A stretch of 64,000 nt of DNA from Raillietiella orientalis (GCA_036172245.1 JAYWIR010000046.1:1364001-1428000); one strand, 5' to 3'. Shown: positions 36,301 through 51,300, counted from the first letter of the stretch. Notes: a model not told the origin generated them from the sequence alone. A program made the numbers and translations.

Positions 36301-39300
36301 GAATAACCGTAATGTAGTGTGGGTGCTGGATTTAATACTAGGAGTAAATTGCAAGGCAGATTCTAGTTTTACAATATATCTCCTCATTCCTTTTTCCTGT
36401 TAAACTCTAAACGCTTTTCACAATGACTTGAAGAGTAGAGGTGAGACCATACGTGTGAGAGACTAGCTCTTTTCTTACTTGTTGGGGATCCACAGAAGGA
36501 AAACTGGTTCAAGGGGCTTCAGATCAGTCCCAGAAAATCACATCTTTTACTTTATCAAAAGAATCTTAGACGTTATCAAAATCGACTATGCTTTTCATTT
36601 TAGAAGGTTTTGGAGTCCTCTTGACAGAATTTGATGACCTCTTGACAAATCGGAAAGTAGATTAACAACTTGCGCATGCAAGGTGGAAAAATGGTCCACA
36701 GCCTGCAGAGTATTCAGTCACCCGAAGAAAGCGAGAAAAAACCTGGGCTTCCCTTCAAACTTCTTTATTTGCAGTTCTTGAAGACAATTTCTACTTATCC
36801 TGGAAGTTTTTGGTTAAGGATTCCATCGACTTAATGGAAGATTTCAGATCTCTTTGATTAATTCACTAAAAGATAGATCGAATCTTTCCTAGATTTTCTT
36901 GAATTTGTCATAAACAGACTGCAGATACTCCAGAATGCAATCTTTTTCAGAAATCTCTACAGTGTCCAACAGGATGGCTTTTTGTTACGGACCCAACTGC
37001 ACGTGAGACAGCTTCTTGGTTTTCATAGAATGCATCGGTTTACCTCTCACTGGTTGTTTGCATTTCTTGTGCCTTTCCATCTTCTTCTTACAAATTGCCT
37101 TCCTTCGTTCTATATGAATGAGGCACTTTCTATAGGCTTGCGAACATCATCTTCACTCTATGGAGTGGTGATTTATGGAGATCCCATACAGAGAGTAATT
37201 CAGCAGCAGCACCTAATCCGCTCTTCAGGAGTCCCAAGTCGATTTTTCAATATCTAGATCTTTGCAAGATCATGGAAAATTTTCTACTTCACCACTTAGA
37301 AAAGAAAAAAAAAATTCTTTATTTAATGCACAGATTTTTAATTTCAGTTATTTCGTTCTTTAAAGATGCAAAGATTTGCAGAGATTTGAAAGGATTGCAC
37401 TTTGCAAGGATTCCATCTTAGTTATTTTCAATGCTCGTTAAATCGTAGAATATCGTAAATCGTAAGGTATCGTAAATATTTAATCGTGGAATATCGTAAA
37501 TATAATATGGCTATGATAAATGTGTGATAATGGCTATATAAACATTCAGTATTGTATAAATATTTACTATCCCATGCATTTATTGTATTCATAAATAAAA
37601 GCTCCTAGATCTCATGCCTTGAAAATACCTTCTGCTTGCAAAAAAAATGTGATGTTTTGCAATACAGAAAAAAAATTCTGTTTTTTAGTCATTTTCAAAT
37701 AACATCCAAAAGGCAACTCAAACAAAATGGCTTAAAATCATAAAGTTCTGCAGCAAAAAAAAATCACATAGTTGGGTCACTTTTCCAGAAGCATGATACA
37801 GGGATCACATGAATAAAATATTAATAAATAACATGAATAAATAATGGTCTCTAGAAATATTTAAAGTTGCGATAAGATGGCTAATAAGTCTCTGCCGAAA
37901 ACAAGTTTTTCATGCATGAAATCTGCTTTCAGGAGAGTAGCCGAGTACCCATACAAGAACAAGATAAGATGATATCGAGTATTTGCAGCTTAGTGGACAG
38001 TCAATCAAAAATGATGGTTTTCGCTCCGCAAGCTCCGTAGGAATGTATATATATATTGTCAGTGTGCGTCATTAATCTACAATGCAGTGCTTGTGAGTCC
38101 ATCCTTGAGCCATTGAAAAATTGGAAACTTTTTCACCCACAGCCCTTTTCGTCATTCCAGCCTCGTGCCCTTCCACGCATTTCTTTGACCTGCTTGATTT
38201 TTGTGATCGAATTAGCTTCTTCTACTCCTAATGTTTCCTTATTCTTGTATCAAGCATCATTACCTACTAGGTCTCTAGAAAGGATGTTACAAGAGCCGAT
38301 ACATCGAGATGCAATTTCTTTTGCAAGTGACGAAACGAAACACTCTAAAGCTATAATTATTGATTTGCTGTTCTGTCATCAAGCCTTCTGCATGCGTTCA
38401 AGCAAGTCGCTCGAAAAAATCAGAACGCAACCTGAAAATGCCCTGCTGCTCTTTAATAAACAGCGTGCAAACAATGCCTTCTGTAAGCAGAGATGTTTTT
38501 CTGGAAACAAAAAAATCCACAGCTGCAGCTCGAGCTAGGTGATTGCAGCAGAGGAAAAGCAAAGTCTTGAAAAAAAATGCAAAGACTCATTAAGACACAC
38601 CACCATCGAGAGGATAAGCATGTTTTTCACATGAAAAGGAGAGATAAAATTTGTGTTCCCAGCTATGTACACTCACATGGTCATGATATCATAATTTAAG
38701 GGCAGACTACTCCACTGCAAAATTGCCACCTTGGAAGAACGCAAACATCAAGCACAAGAACACTAGAGGAAAGGCAAAGCGAATGGGCGTCTCAGACCTA
38801 CAACACATCGAACTGCAACGGGATCCGGATTTTCCCGTGCTACAGGACTGGTTGCCAAGATCAGAGTTTCGGCGTGTGATTTTTGGACACCCTACAGTAT
38901 CGAAAGGAACTCTCGAAAATCTCAGTAAGCCGCATCACAATTAACGATCAGCCAGCTGATCAAAAAGAACTTTGGATGCAGCGCGCAAAGCGCAAGATTG
39001 CGTGGCCCCAAACCTGCCTGAGACCAAAATAAAATGCGTCAGTGAGCGCTTGTTTGTATGCTGTGATTTCGTCTTCTGGATTCTCTCTAGTCCAGAGTGA
39101 ATGAGACGTTGGATCTTCCACTATGGTTTGCCACTCGACAATGAGCGAGCGTGTGAACATTGGTAGAAATTGGGCGCATTATGTGTACGATGTGCACTAC
39201 ACATACGATGAAATATAATAAACATACATACTGTATAAGATGAGGAATGGAATGCATTTTCTCCTTTACTCCAAATAATTTTTGCAGGAGGACGAGCTCC

Positions 39301-42300
39301 AGTACTTTGGCATGTGAATTTGTACTCCTTATACTCTGATAGAGGCAGATTTCTTCCCAGGATCTTAGCTGTGGATGGTTCAACTAAGTACAAAGACAAA
39401 GTCGTTAACAATTCATTTTTATATTTTTTTCTGTTTTTTTTTCCAGTCTGTGAGACTGCAGTGATAGAGATCCTGTGGTTCTCTGATCTTTGGAAGATGA
39501 TACTTTGATATCCTGAAGTCCAAAGATGCAAAGGAATAAGTTCTTAACACATTAAACTTCTCAAGAACAAACAAACAAACAAAAAAAAGGAACTGAATGC
39601 TCAGGGTTTGTGGCTACTTCGTAAATGTATAGTAAAACACAACAGCTAGGTCAGTGGTGGGAACGCATCCATTTGACTACACACACATAGTGTACTGTAG
39701 AAGACATAGTGTGTCCGTGTCGATTCAGAATCTTGGAATCGCCCGAGCAGGCGAAACCATAAATTAAGAAGTCAAGGACCATCGTGCGAAATTCTCAGCT
39801 TCGATGGGTTCGGCATTCTCATGGGAGGAAGTGTTTAAAAACCCAAGACTCTGGTCTTTGGTCTTTCGGAAAAAGCAAAAATTTGAACGAGACGAAAATT
39901 TCAAGTGCTGCAGCAACAAACCGAAACAATCCAATAAAAACTCCATAGGCATTCTTCAGAAAATTGACGACCGCCTGTACCAATAAAACAACGGAAAAAC
40001 AGGACAGCGATTCCAATTGCAAATTGCAATTTCAAATCTAATTGCTTCATCTCTCAGGAATGCAGCCCGAAAGAGCAGCGAAAAATCTTGAAGATGCGAC
40101 AAAAGCGCGCTGTTTCAGCTGCAATTCCATGCGACAAAAAAAAAGCCGTTCGGTCCCGACGGATTTCCCCGTTTTCAGCCCTCTGGAAAACCAAGCAGAA
40201 CCAAGCATGCAAGATGTTGTCTCTTAGTGAGGCACCTTTCCTTGCGCATCCTTAGACACATGCCTCCTGCACTGTCCGGTACACTTCCTGCAGGGAGCAT
40301 GCTGGAAAAGTTCTTTGCGCGTTCTCATTGCCACTTCGGAATTCCGTTTGGTTCTTCCTGTGGCGAGTAGGAAAAGTAGCAAGGTGTCGTCTGCAACGAC
40401 TTTCTGCTGATACGCTATAGGTGCGAACCCACTGTGAGAATCCTCAAAGGCTGCCTGGAGACCGATCCATCTGAGCTCTCCGTAACCACCCTCGTAAGTC
40501 CGCGTGCGAATCTTCACAGGAACTTTTTTTTGCTCATTCACCAAGAGTCCGCGCGTCCTAGAGCGCTTTGGGTTTCCAACTTTTTTTTTTTTTGTTATCC
40601 GTCCACCATTTGATGTAAGATATTCGTGCTGGAGACGCTTCCACGGAAAATCGGTTCTGACCAGGTTGCAGGAGGACTCTCACAGTCTGAGTTGCGTTAC
40701 GAACCCACTTCCTTTGAGACTCGTCCAGGATCCTACACCTGCCGCTGGATCTGCAGGCTGTCCTACGCATTTGCGCATGCTACCCAAAGAAAAAGAGGGA
40801 CTTTGAATCGATTCTAAGCACAAATGGGGAGGCCTCTCCTGTTTGACCTTCTGGACTCGACCGCGTGGCGCAAAATCGCTTTGATTCCTTGTCAAGCACG
40901 AGCACCCTAACTAGGTAACTAAGACACGGCAGATTCATAAACGATGCGAAATGCGTCCACAAGCGAAAATGTCCTCAAGCTGGTTGAGAACCTTTCAGAG
41001 TACTGTAAAGTAGAAGGTGAACATGGACACATCTGATGCAGAAGATAGAGAAGATTGTGACTGTATCGTTAAGCCTCCTCAGCGGTTTTCGTCAGAACGA
41101 ACGGTCAGGGGGAAAATTGCGTTGCTAAAAGATGCGCTCTCGGCTCTGGGATCGTTAGCGCTGGAGAATTGTGGCGAGTTCTTCGACGGTAATGCCGCGG
41201 AGATTCGGATGCGGATGCTGCCTCTGAGATTCCTTTGCGAAAGAAGAAATTCGAGATGTGCCAACGAGTCTTTCAGTCGGCGGTACCCCGGGCATTTCCA
41301 TTCGAAGTCTTTGATTCATGAAGAAAATGCTTCAAGTAACCCGCATAAAACTTGAGCATGTTTCTTTTTTTTCTTCTTCTTCTCAAATTTGTTGAGAACA
41401 ATCGAAAGTAGGACTTGTGGATGTCGAGTGTGGCTGGCTTGCTCCAGCGTTTCGCGGATCTTCAAGGACTTCTTTTTCCCTCGAGACAGACCTGAACATC
41501 AGTCTTCTTTCTGACAATGTCTTATCAAGAGGCGAAGGGGGTCTTTCCGCCCTCTATGCCTTTCCACTCTCGTTCTCTAGCTGAATGCGTAGAATGCTGC
41601 GATGCTGCACGCTAAAGAAACGTACGGAAGAATGCAAATTCCACGGATTGGACTATTATTTTACATTCACTTACGGCCGCTTGGTTGGAAGAATGGGAGA
41701 GGGAATGTCCCATTGGAGTCGATTCTTGAAAATGGCCCCACCGTCGTTAACGATCTTTGATCACCAGCGAGCCGATTCCTCCTTGAAGCCGAAAGAAGCG
41801 CCAAAGCTACGCGCGCGTGTACGTGTCGCAAAATCTTGATGCGATCCCTAAAGTGTCACCGAGGTCAGAACACACTTCGGAAAATGCAGATCTCCCTAAG
41901 ATAGTGGATTTTCGTAATTCCAAATGGTCATCTCAGCGGGGGGGGAAATCATCAGCCCCGTTCTCAAACCTTGAAAATCGTGCACACTTGAAACGCTTTT
42001 GACTATGGCGAGCTTTGGGGAGCTTTCAGCGGCTGTAGTGTCTCCAGGTTATCCCCACTTCGACTAGCTTTCGTTTTCTCTCATTAGTTCTCATTCTCAA
42101 ACGATCCTCATTTTTCCTCGGTTTGCCTCAGCTCCAGCCTGAGCTTCTTTCATATGATGGGAAAATTTTGTGATTTCGATTTTCTTCTTCGAGGGATGGC
42201 CATGAAGTATTTGTAGACCACCGCTGCCAGTTTCGGTCAGTCCCTTCAGGAGGCTTACTGGAAAACGGAAGATGACGAAAATCGCTTGTAATGACCGGCT

Positions 42301-45300
42301 GTGCTTGTGGTATTTCCGAAAATGCGCCGCCCCAGAGTATCCGAAGAGAATCCCCTTGAAATCTTTAAAATGATGCGATCGGGGCTCGAAACTATAGGTG
42401 TTCAGAAAACAACTCTTCGGTGCGCGCCACCGCGGGGGAACACAAAGACACCAAAGAGTTGCAATTTGTTGCGGGGTTCATCTGATGCAGCACTCTCCAA
42501 GCCTAGCCAGCACGATAAAATGCTCTTTGCCTGACTTCTTTCTTGAGGAGAAGCAGACTACTGCGGTCACTGCTCATCCTACTGGACTCCCCCAGGAAGC
42601 CGAGGCAGCGCTTGTACAGGAATGCTGTTTGCACTCTGATTACCATGGGAGCAGCTGTTGAGCAAGCACTTCGAAACTTCCTGTGACAAAAAGGAAGTGT
42701 AGTCTTTGATTTTCAAGTCATCTAGATTGCATGTGCTGCGGATGAAGAACTAAATGATAAGTGGCACTTGATTGACTCGGTTCTCGAGTCCGCACGAAGT
42801 TCGGAAGCAGGTGGTTCAGGCTGCCGTATCGCCATCTTTGTCCTTCCGATCAAATCAAGAGTAGAGGGCGCTAGCACAGTCGTCAGCGTTGAGTTTGAGC
42901 ACTCAGTCAAATTTGCTTGTCCAGAGGGATTCCCATGCTACCACCAGCTTGCAGTTTCACTAAGCGACGCGAATGATGGACTTCGATTAGCAAACACCAC
43001 ACAAAAACTTCCTCCTCCACTTCCGTTGCATCCATTTCTTTCCTCTGCAACAGTCTACAGAAGGAAAAATTCTAGAAATGGCGTTTAAAGCGCCAATTCG
43101 ACGCTACACTTGAAACTTTTCCTCTTAAAAATTCCGTGAAGAGAGTGGCTTTCTGGATGTTTCGCCACGTACCAAAACAGCACTAAGTGTGATGAGCAAG
43201 AAAAAAACATGTGAAATACAAAAAATATGAGGCCATGTGAAAATACACGAGGGATATGCGAGCACCGCAGATAAATAGCGTCGATGGAATGGCCATAACC
43301 CCAGAAGTAGAGGATCTCGACACATACACGACCGGAAGAGAAAGAACTCAATGCACATGGTCCCAGCTCTGCGTCTTAGACCTGCCCACCACTGCACCAG
43401 ACTTTCACGTGTGCATTCGCTCGTGGACAATTTCGAAATTTGTGTCTACATTTTTTTTTTTTATACATCAGTCAAAAATCGCTCTTGCCTTCAGGAAATA
43501 TCTGTCCCTCTCGCTTTCTAAATTTGAGTCGTTCCGATGACAATAGGCATTGTCCTTTTCGAGAGCCACAGTTCTCGCTTATCTGTCTTGAGAGGAGTAA
43601 TCAGACTGAGATGCAATCGAAGACTGCTTCTAGTTCTGAATCCTGAATGCAATCCATTTTGGGGGGCCATCCTTCAAGTTAATCTTCTAGTTAATTTTTT
43701 TTAGCCAAGGGAGTTTTTGTGGCCTTGCAAGCTCAGGACTCTCGTCACGCCAATTCGTCGGAAGAGCCGAAAAAAGAAATCCAGAATCTGGGAGGCGAGT
43801 CCAGAGCGACTCGGGGACATCATGTGAGATCTAGCATGTGAGTTCAAACCGTTCGGAACCCATAAGACGTGAAATATTGCTGCGAGTTACCGACGCCAAT
43901 GGTCAAGGCGCTTATTTCCGAGGGGAGCTGGGAAATTGAATGCATTAAAAGAATTGGGTGGGGCTGTCGTGGAGGTGTTCAATCAGCAGCGTGCGAAGTC
44001 ACACCTGCGCCTGACAGACTGGTTTCCCTTGAGCAAAAGATCCTTTCAATGCTTGGAATCACGGAGGGGAACGCGGCGCAACTGACTTCAGTTTCGTTCT
44101 CCAGGAGAGTGCGCAAAACGGAAGCGGAAGCAGTTGGCCGCCGCAGGATGAAGCGGTATTGCCGGCTAATGCATCACCTGAAGCAACTAATGGAGCTCAA
44201 GCACCATCCCAAGAATCTGCACCAAAAAACAGCTCTCTTCTTGGGGGGTACAGATGCGAAAAATCGCAATGCTTTTAAAACCAGTCGTCGCTAAAAAAAA
44301 AAAGTCTCCCAAGCCGAGCTCAAGAATTCGCCATTCCTCGGATGCAACTAGTGTTCACGGAGTGAAACCTGAGGGTGTGGTTGAAAGAGGAAATAGAGAG
44401 TCTCCTTCTAACTAACAGTATCTGATTTCGGCCTCTGGTCACTTCAGCCAGCTGAATGGCTGCTGTGTTCAGGAAAATCTGCAAGGAGTGGTCCCTTGAT
44501 CAGCGCGCCACGTCGTCTAAAATGTGATACTGCTATTGATGAGTTCTCTGCCTCGTTCCACGGTACCAGAAGCTGATGCAAAACGCGCGGGATGTGCACG
44601 TATCACGCGGAGATGCTGATACGAAAGTTTAAGCAGCATAAGGTCCTCCTTGTCATGAAATCATCCCCAAAAAAGCTTGGACCACTCTCCGATGATGCTT
44701 CGAATTTCGCATTTTCGCATTTTCACATTCGCCCAACCGGGATGTGAGTGATGTTTTCTTTTCTTTGGTTTGCTGGGTGCTGAAGAACAGTTCGCTCCAC
44801 CCTAAAGAGCCGAACAGTTCTTCAGATCTTGTTTTTGCGATGGCGAGTGCCGGAACACGGTAGGTTTCTCTGATTTCTTGGGTTGCGAGAAGCGGAGCCC
44901 CCTGACGAAGAACTTGTCCTTCCCAGAATCTTGAACATAAGCAAAGAGATTCGGATGCATTCCTCATAACTCTTGAATTTCACCGACGCCCACCTAGCGG
45001 TCACTTCACCAGTCAAGGGGATGCATCGGATGTTCACATTAACCACGTTCAATATGGATTCCATGAATAGAAAATTTAAAAGCTGGTTTCTGGAAGTTCT
45101 ATCATCCTTGGAACCACTAGCTTGGATTGCCTTAGCAAACGTGGAGATCATGAAGAATTCTCGGATCAAAAGGAAGTTGAAGAAGGTGTACAGCTTGTTC
45201 ATCAGGATCTTGTAGATTCGTCTCAGAGAGTGTATGTTTCTGCAGGAGGTAGTGAAGTGCAGGTCGTATGATGTGTAATTGTCCAAGACACAATTTCTGC

Positions 45301-48300
45301 AGGTGGGAGAGAGGGACACGAAATCTTTGGATGTGGTCGAACTTTGGATGGATTCAATCATCGATTCAGACAATCGTGCGGATGCTGAGGAAAGTTCACG
45401 AAGCCCTTTATAACGCTATCCGCTCCACTTGGGGGTGAGTGCAATTCCTCAATTCAACCCCGTAGTATGGGGTCACTCCATAATTGAAGAGTTGCATTCA
45501 TAAGGACTACTCTATGAATCCAGGAAGGCCCGGAGGAAGGACTCCATTCCTCTTACTCTGGAAAGGAATTCCAAAGGGAACCTCTTCCTTATTCTCTCTG
45601 GAGGGGTCTCCTGGAGGGGATCTTTTTATTGTTTCTCCTTCGAATTGAACCCATAAAGGATCCGCTCCTGGAATTTTCCTCTCCGGAGGGAACCCGCAAG
45701 GGAATCGATCCTTGTTACTCCTCCTCTGAAGAGAATCTCGAAGGGACGCTTCCCAATTTCTCTGAAGGGCGCTCCCCGAAGGGAGCAGCGCGCTTCTTGA
45801 CACGTTGAAGAGACACCCCCGAGGGGGTATCCACCACCTCTACAGTACGGCTGCATTTTCCCAGCCGGTGGGGAAACCCGAAGGGCTCCTTGATTCCTGG
45901 AAGGATCCCGGAGGGTCCACTTCCAATCCCAGAGACCAGTCAAAGGGGGCATCCAGCTTCCAGCAGTGCCGTACCCGAATAAAGCCAACCAGCGTCGTCC
46001 TGCGGGGAGGACTACACACCCATGACGCACCCTTTTCTCGGCGTCGATCCTCCGCGTAAGGATTCGAACCCGCAACACCAAGTGGTGCCAAGGGCAGAGA
46101 CCGTGTAGCCAGCCACGCGGCCGCCAACGCGAACGTGTGAGTGGGGTGTGGCAAACAACGACTGTCGTTTCCGGAAAATCACAAGGAAAAAAACATTTTG
46201 CCGGCGATGATCACAAAGAATGAGCTGAACAAGACGAATAGCAACACAGGATTTGGTGAAAGCACTGTAAGGTTGCACTGCACTGGTTTGGCCATCCGAG
46301 CAACCAGACAGAGAAGAAAACGATCTCTCTGTGAAGGACTGTGCATAATATTTAATGTTCCTCTGCCAGGCTAAGACCAAAGGATGAATGCGAATTGGCT
46401 TGCTCTGGAGACGTTTTCAGTTTTAGAACAGGGACGAGCAATCTCTGTCTATCAGATGAAACGTACGTGATAAACCGAGGGGGTCATTCGCGAAAAATTT
46501 CAATACCTTAAGGAAACAAAGCGCCGCGTAATTTTATTTCATCTTCTCTCCTCTCCCCCCTTTTCATATTTAGCTAGATCTTTGCATAAAATTCCATCCT
46601 TTGGCTCTTCCCGCAGAATCCCACTCTCACTTTATCGCTGCATCCCAATCCATCATGCGTTGACCACACCATCCCAGCACTTCATTAGCCCAGTTGATAT
46701 ACCTGCTACGCTGATAAGCACAGCAACTTTTATCTTGAGCGACCCAGCACTCGCCACAGATCCAAACTCAAGGGTGCCCGTCTGTCGCTTCCCTAATGAG
46801 AGCCTCCATGTTTTCATTATTTCACGTTTTCATCATCGTGCCTGATCATGTGTGCCCCCCACTCTTCCTTCTTTCAAGAGGTTGCCGGAAAGGTTAGGTG
46901 GGAATGGCAACGAGCTCAGCGCACGACGAGAAACCGCAACTTTCAGAATTGCAGATTACACATTGGATTTGCACAGCTTGAGGTGGAAGCGGGAATCCTG
47001 ATCGTCTCTCCGCTTGCATGAAATTACAAGGACGGCGTTCTGCGACTCGTGAGCGCAGTTTCCATGATCTCGGAGCTGAGTCTCTACGTGCCTGCCGGTT
47101 TAAAAGCACGCAACGTGCTTTCGAAAGGGAGACATCGGCTTCCCGTCTTTGTGCGACCTCAAGTGGGATGTTGGAGCGAGTGCTGCAATTTGCCGGACAC
47201 TTCGACGATGCCCATGCACAATACTTTCCCTACACTTTCAATGGTGACTCTCGCTCTCGAACTTGGTGGCTGCCTTTGAATAATGCTGGAATTCCAGTAG
47301 GGGAATGTCAGTAGGGTGGGCTCACAAACAACCAGGGATCAGCACGAGCGACTCAGGCTTTTACGACTGCTCGTTCTCAAGACAAGCGGTACCTCCGTTT
47401 TTAGCAGGTTTCACGTGGCGTCCAAGAACAAGCACTCGGAGTCACCATTCTTTACCACCTCATTGGCCGCAAATATCGAAACGTGTTCAATGCACTCGTA
47501 AAAAAAAAAAAAAGAAAGAAATCTAATCGGTTTTGCGATCGTGATGACTCCAACAGCCAGGGAGCGTAAATACGAAGCTTCTCTCGTTTTTTTTTTGTTT
47601 TTCCTCTTTGTCAAAAATCATCGGAAAGGATCAAATCAGATCATACTTGGAAAGAATCCTTAGAAGTGGTACAGCATATGAAACGAAAAAATAGTTGGGA
47701 AAGATTGGGTCTTACAACTGTGTACTAAATCAAGGATGTGCAGTTTCCTTTCCAGAGAGAATCAAATATGCCTTACAATTCATGTCCAAAACAACGGACT
47801 TGAAAGCGGGGATGGTTTCCTGATTATTAGAAGCTTGGCAGGTGAACTTTGCTCCTAAGTCGTCTCTCTTCAGATTGAATACTCTCAGCGTGCTCTTGGA
47901 CACAGAATCCTCCAGGACTTGAAAACGAGATTCGATGACCGAACCTTCTCGAAACCAAGTTAGTGCGGCTGAGGGTCGAGCTGATGTGAACAATGAAAAT
48001 CTGTTAAAGATGTGCTCAGCCAAGTTACCTCCATAGGATTCACAAACGAGTTCCAAATTTTCGTTTTCTCTGTATGGACCAACTATCTCTTGAACCGTGC
48101 GATTTTTGTCTTTGATAATGGGTGGCTTGGGAGGCACTGGCGAACAGATGGAGAAAAAATAAATAAATATATAAATAGCAAACTAAGTCTTCAAAGAAAT
48201 CTTCAAAACGAGAACTGCTTCTCGTTAGAATGACGCTACCGCAGAAGGCGACGGTCATTGAAAAAGATGTAAAAGAATTGTATTTCTATTCCCTCAAGGG

Positions 48301-51300
48301 TAAAAAAAAAAATTCGCATTTCATCTGCACTTTTCATCACTTTTTCTTGCAATATGATCTTCTAGATCATAGATCAGCAGGGAAGTACAGAGAGATCTAC
48401 AAAGTAATTACATAGTAACACCGTTCATCATTGCGTAACGCGACTGAACAACAAACCTAAACTCCTTCGTGTCTACTCTTTGGTCATCATGATTTCGCAA
48501 TCCTGGTCATTTCCACTTTGTCCGAAGAAATCAACCCGTTTTTTTTCTTTTTCTTTTTTTTCTTGCAAAGCAGTTGAATCTGATTTGATTTATTCCCGCT
48601 CACGCATTCGAAAGTTGAGCATCGCTTCTTGCACACACCACTCTATCCGTTTTGCGGAACGCTAGTCGGCGAAGCAGGAAGTGAAGCAAGTCCAGCCACG
48701 ACTGAGAAAGATCGTGAATAGGGAAAGACGGCAGCTCCAAAATTCCTGACAACCTGGGTACACCACTTCGCGAAGCTGAGTCAAAAAAGCAATAAAACAT
48801 TCGGGAGCGAAAGAAATTCAGCTTCCGCAGTCTTCACATTTTTTTACGAATTCACAAAAAAAAAGACGGAAGCAAACAAGCGAAAAGAAGCAAGGGAATG
48901 GTTTCGTGCAAACCAAAGCGGGAGCTCTCCTCTTATCATTTTCGCCGTTGTCACCATCATCATCACCACCATCACTATCGTTATCATTATTTGTCATTAC
49001 TTTTTTGGATGTTTGGCGAAAAGTCAGATAATGACAAAAGCAGAAAAATTAAGAGATAACACGTCACACGGAGAAAAAGCCTCGAGATGACAAGAGAGTT
49101 CGGAAAGTGATCCGTATCCCAGAGAGATTCTCTAGAAAAGTCAAGGTAATTGTTGCGATGGACTTGGGAAAAATGAGAAAAAAAGGAAAGTTTGGAATCC
49201 CGAGGGATTATTCAAAAAGAAACAACGCGAAAGTGGGGTCACTGGACAAAAAGGAGGAAGCCAGACAACGCGACAGCGAAAGCGCTTAGCGTCAGATAGA
49301 TGACCGACCGCTTTCTGCAGTAGAGAAAGCGCTTTTTCACCAGTAATGTCCCTCGGGAGATACTGTCGGTTCCGGACGCAAACCAAAGCTATTGGTATTT
49401 CACCTCGGAAACTCGAGCAACAGTCAGAAGCGTCAAGAAGCGAAGGATCTGATCATGCAAGGATAAAATTTTCCAGAGGATTCTGTCTTAGAAGTCAGTA
49501 CGAACTGGAACCTTCTGGAACGGACCGCGGTTCAGGACTGCCAATCTGCCTCCCTATATTCCAGAGCGCTTTCCTTACTTTAAGTGGAATTGGTTGGCGC
49601 CTTCGCAAGAAAGATGAAGTTGACTCCGGACTGTTCAGAGGCAAACACTAGAGAGAACATTCTGGAAGCAAAGCCAGGTTCCCATGACTCTTCCGGAAGC
49701 TTTCGAGGATGTTCCAAAAGTCGAGCATTGGCAGATAGCTGCCCTGATGGCAATCGATGATGCGTTGAGAAAGAAAGGAAATCTTCGAGAGCGCCGGACA
49801 AAAAAAAGAAAAAAAAACTGGGGAAAAGGAATGAGGCAGGAGGAAAATGGAAAAGTGGTTCGAGCTCGAAGTCTATTCTGGAAAACGGAAAGTGGGGCAG
49901 GCATGGGATAGCTTGTAGGAAAGGAGGCTGCTGACGAGGAAGAAAGCGAGGCAAGCAATAAGCATCATAAAACAAGGGAGAAGGAAGCTGTGCTCTCGCA
50001 GTCTAGGACCGAAAAGTCTGAACGGAAGCAAATCCTGCAGTGCATACGGAGAGCGACCAAGTCGATGAAAGTGTGGTCTGTAACCCAAAGCTAGGAATGG
50101 CTGCTTCGTCAAAGAAGGAAAAGTAGCTGCAAGGCTGCAGAACGTAGAGGTCTTGGCAACGGGAAAGCGCAGAATCCTCCTTTCAGTATCGCGTCACTCC
50201 AGCGGCGAGGTAATCATACTTTCGTAGGGATCAAATCCAGGAGAAAGCAGGGAGCGATTAGCACGAAACGAAGCACTTTCGGTCTAAAGTGGCTCAAGGG
50301 CACCGGGAAAACCGAAGTGCATCCTGAGATGTTTCTGGACGATGAAAAGGACGGTGATTTCAACATCCTTGTGTACCAGAGATGCTTCGTAGATTCTGCT
50401 CAGCGCATCTCAAGACACTCGCCAAGCAGCATCCTGCGGTGTTTGAAAAGCTGGCGCTTTAGTTGGACTAGCCAAAAAGGCTGTTGGCAGCCTCCGGTGA
50501 TGAATGCAGCCGAGAAATCTCAAGTAATGGATGCGAGCATCTTCCAGGCTAAAACGTGGACGAACAGGGATCTTCCCTGGGAGCAGAACGCTTCCCTACC
50601 CCGATGAACCATAGCACAAAGAGATACTAGCAACTATCAGTGCACAAGTAGAGATTTAAAAGAGAGCTTCGAAATCGCTTGGGGAGTTTCCTTTGGGCAG
50701 TGTCAAGGATTCGTCTGGGTATAGCCCACGGCAGTTTTGGACCACTTGCTACGATCCCCTTCGAATGATTTTCGTAGGACTCCAACGTGGGCTCGAGACA
50801 GCGCTCATCGTGAAAGACGCGAAATCAGCGTCCTTATCATGGGTTGCATCGAAACTCGATGGGCACGAAGAATGCATCCACATTCTTTGGATGCGGAAAT
50901 CACACCTCATGACTAAGGAATGCATATTTTTTTCTTTTAGGGGGAGAATGAGAAGTTTGGGCCGTAACAAAAAAAGGGGGGGAACGTGGAGACATGGGAA
51001 CACTGATTCACAGTTCCTGCATCATTCCACCGACTGACTGGTTAGATCGATCTGGCGCAGCTTTGTTACCTTCGCAGTCAGCGGAAACCTAAAGGAAGCT
51101 GCTGAAAGTTTCATTCGCTTTTCCTTATCAGCGAAAACTCTCCGTGGGATTCCATGCTCCCTTCTCCCAGCCAGAATCATCTCCAGACGTTCAGAAAGAG
51201 AATCCGGAGGATACCGTGTAAGCACCGGACTCCTCTAAGGAGTTGCCTAGGAGAACCTGAAAATTTCCTGCCCCCTTCAATCACTCCCAACTTGCACTCC

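Noticed and set aside
37435..37505. CRISPR-like array
   Set aside because: Units are only ~6 bp with no unique spacers, in a eukaryotic context.
42880..42895. CTCF-like motif TAGAGGGCGCTA (also CTCF/RFX-like words near 2065-2110)
   Set aside because: Partial matches inside probable retroelement relics; not supportable from sequence alone.
45507..46154. Duplicated 'protein' ORFs also seen at 55034-55683 and 8538-8998
   Set aside because: Translations of the non-coding repeat; frames are not kept in the diverged copy.
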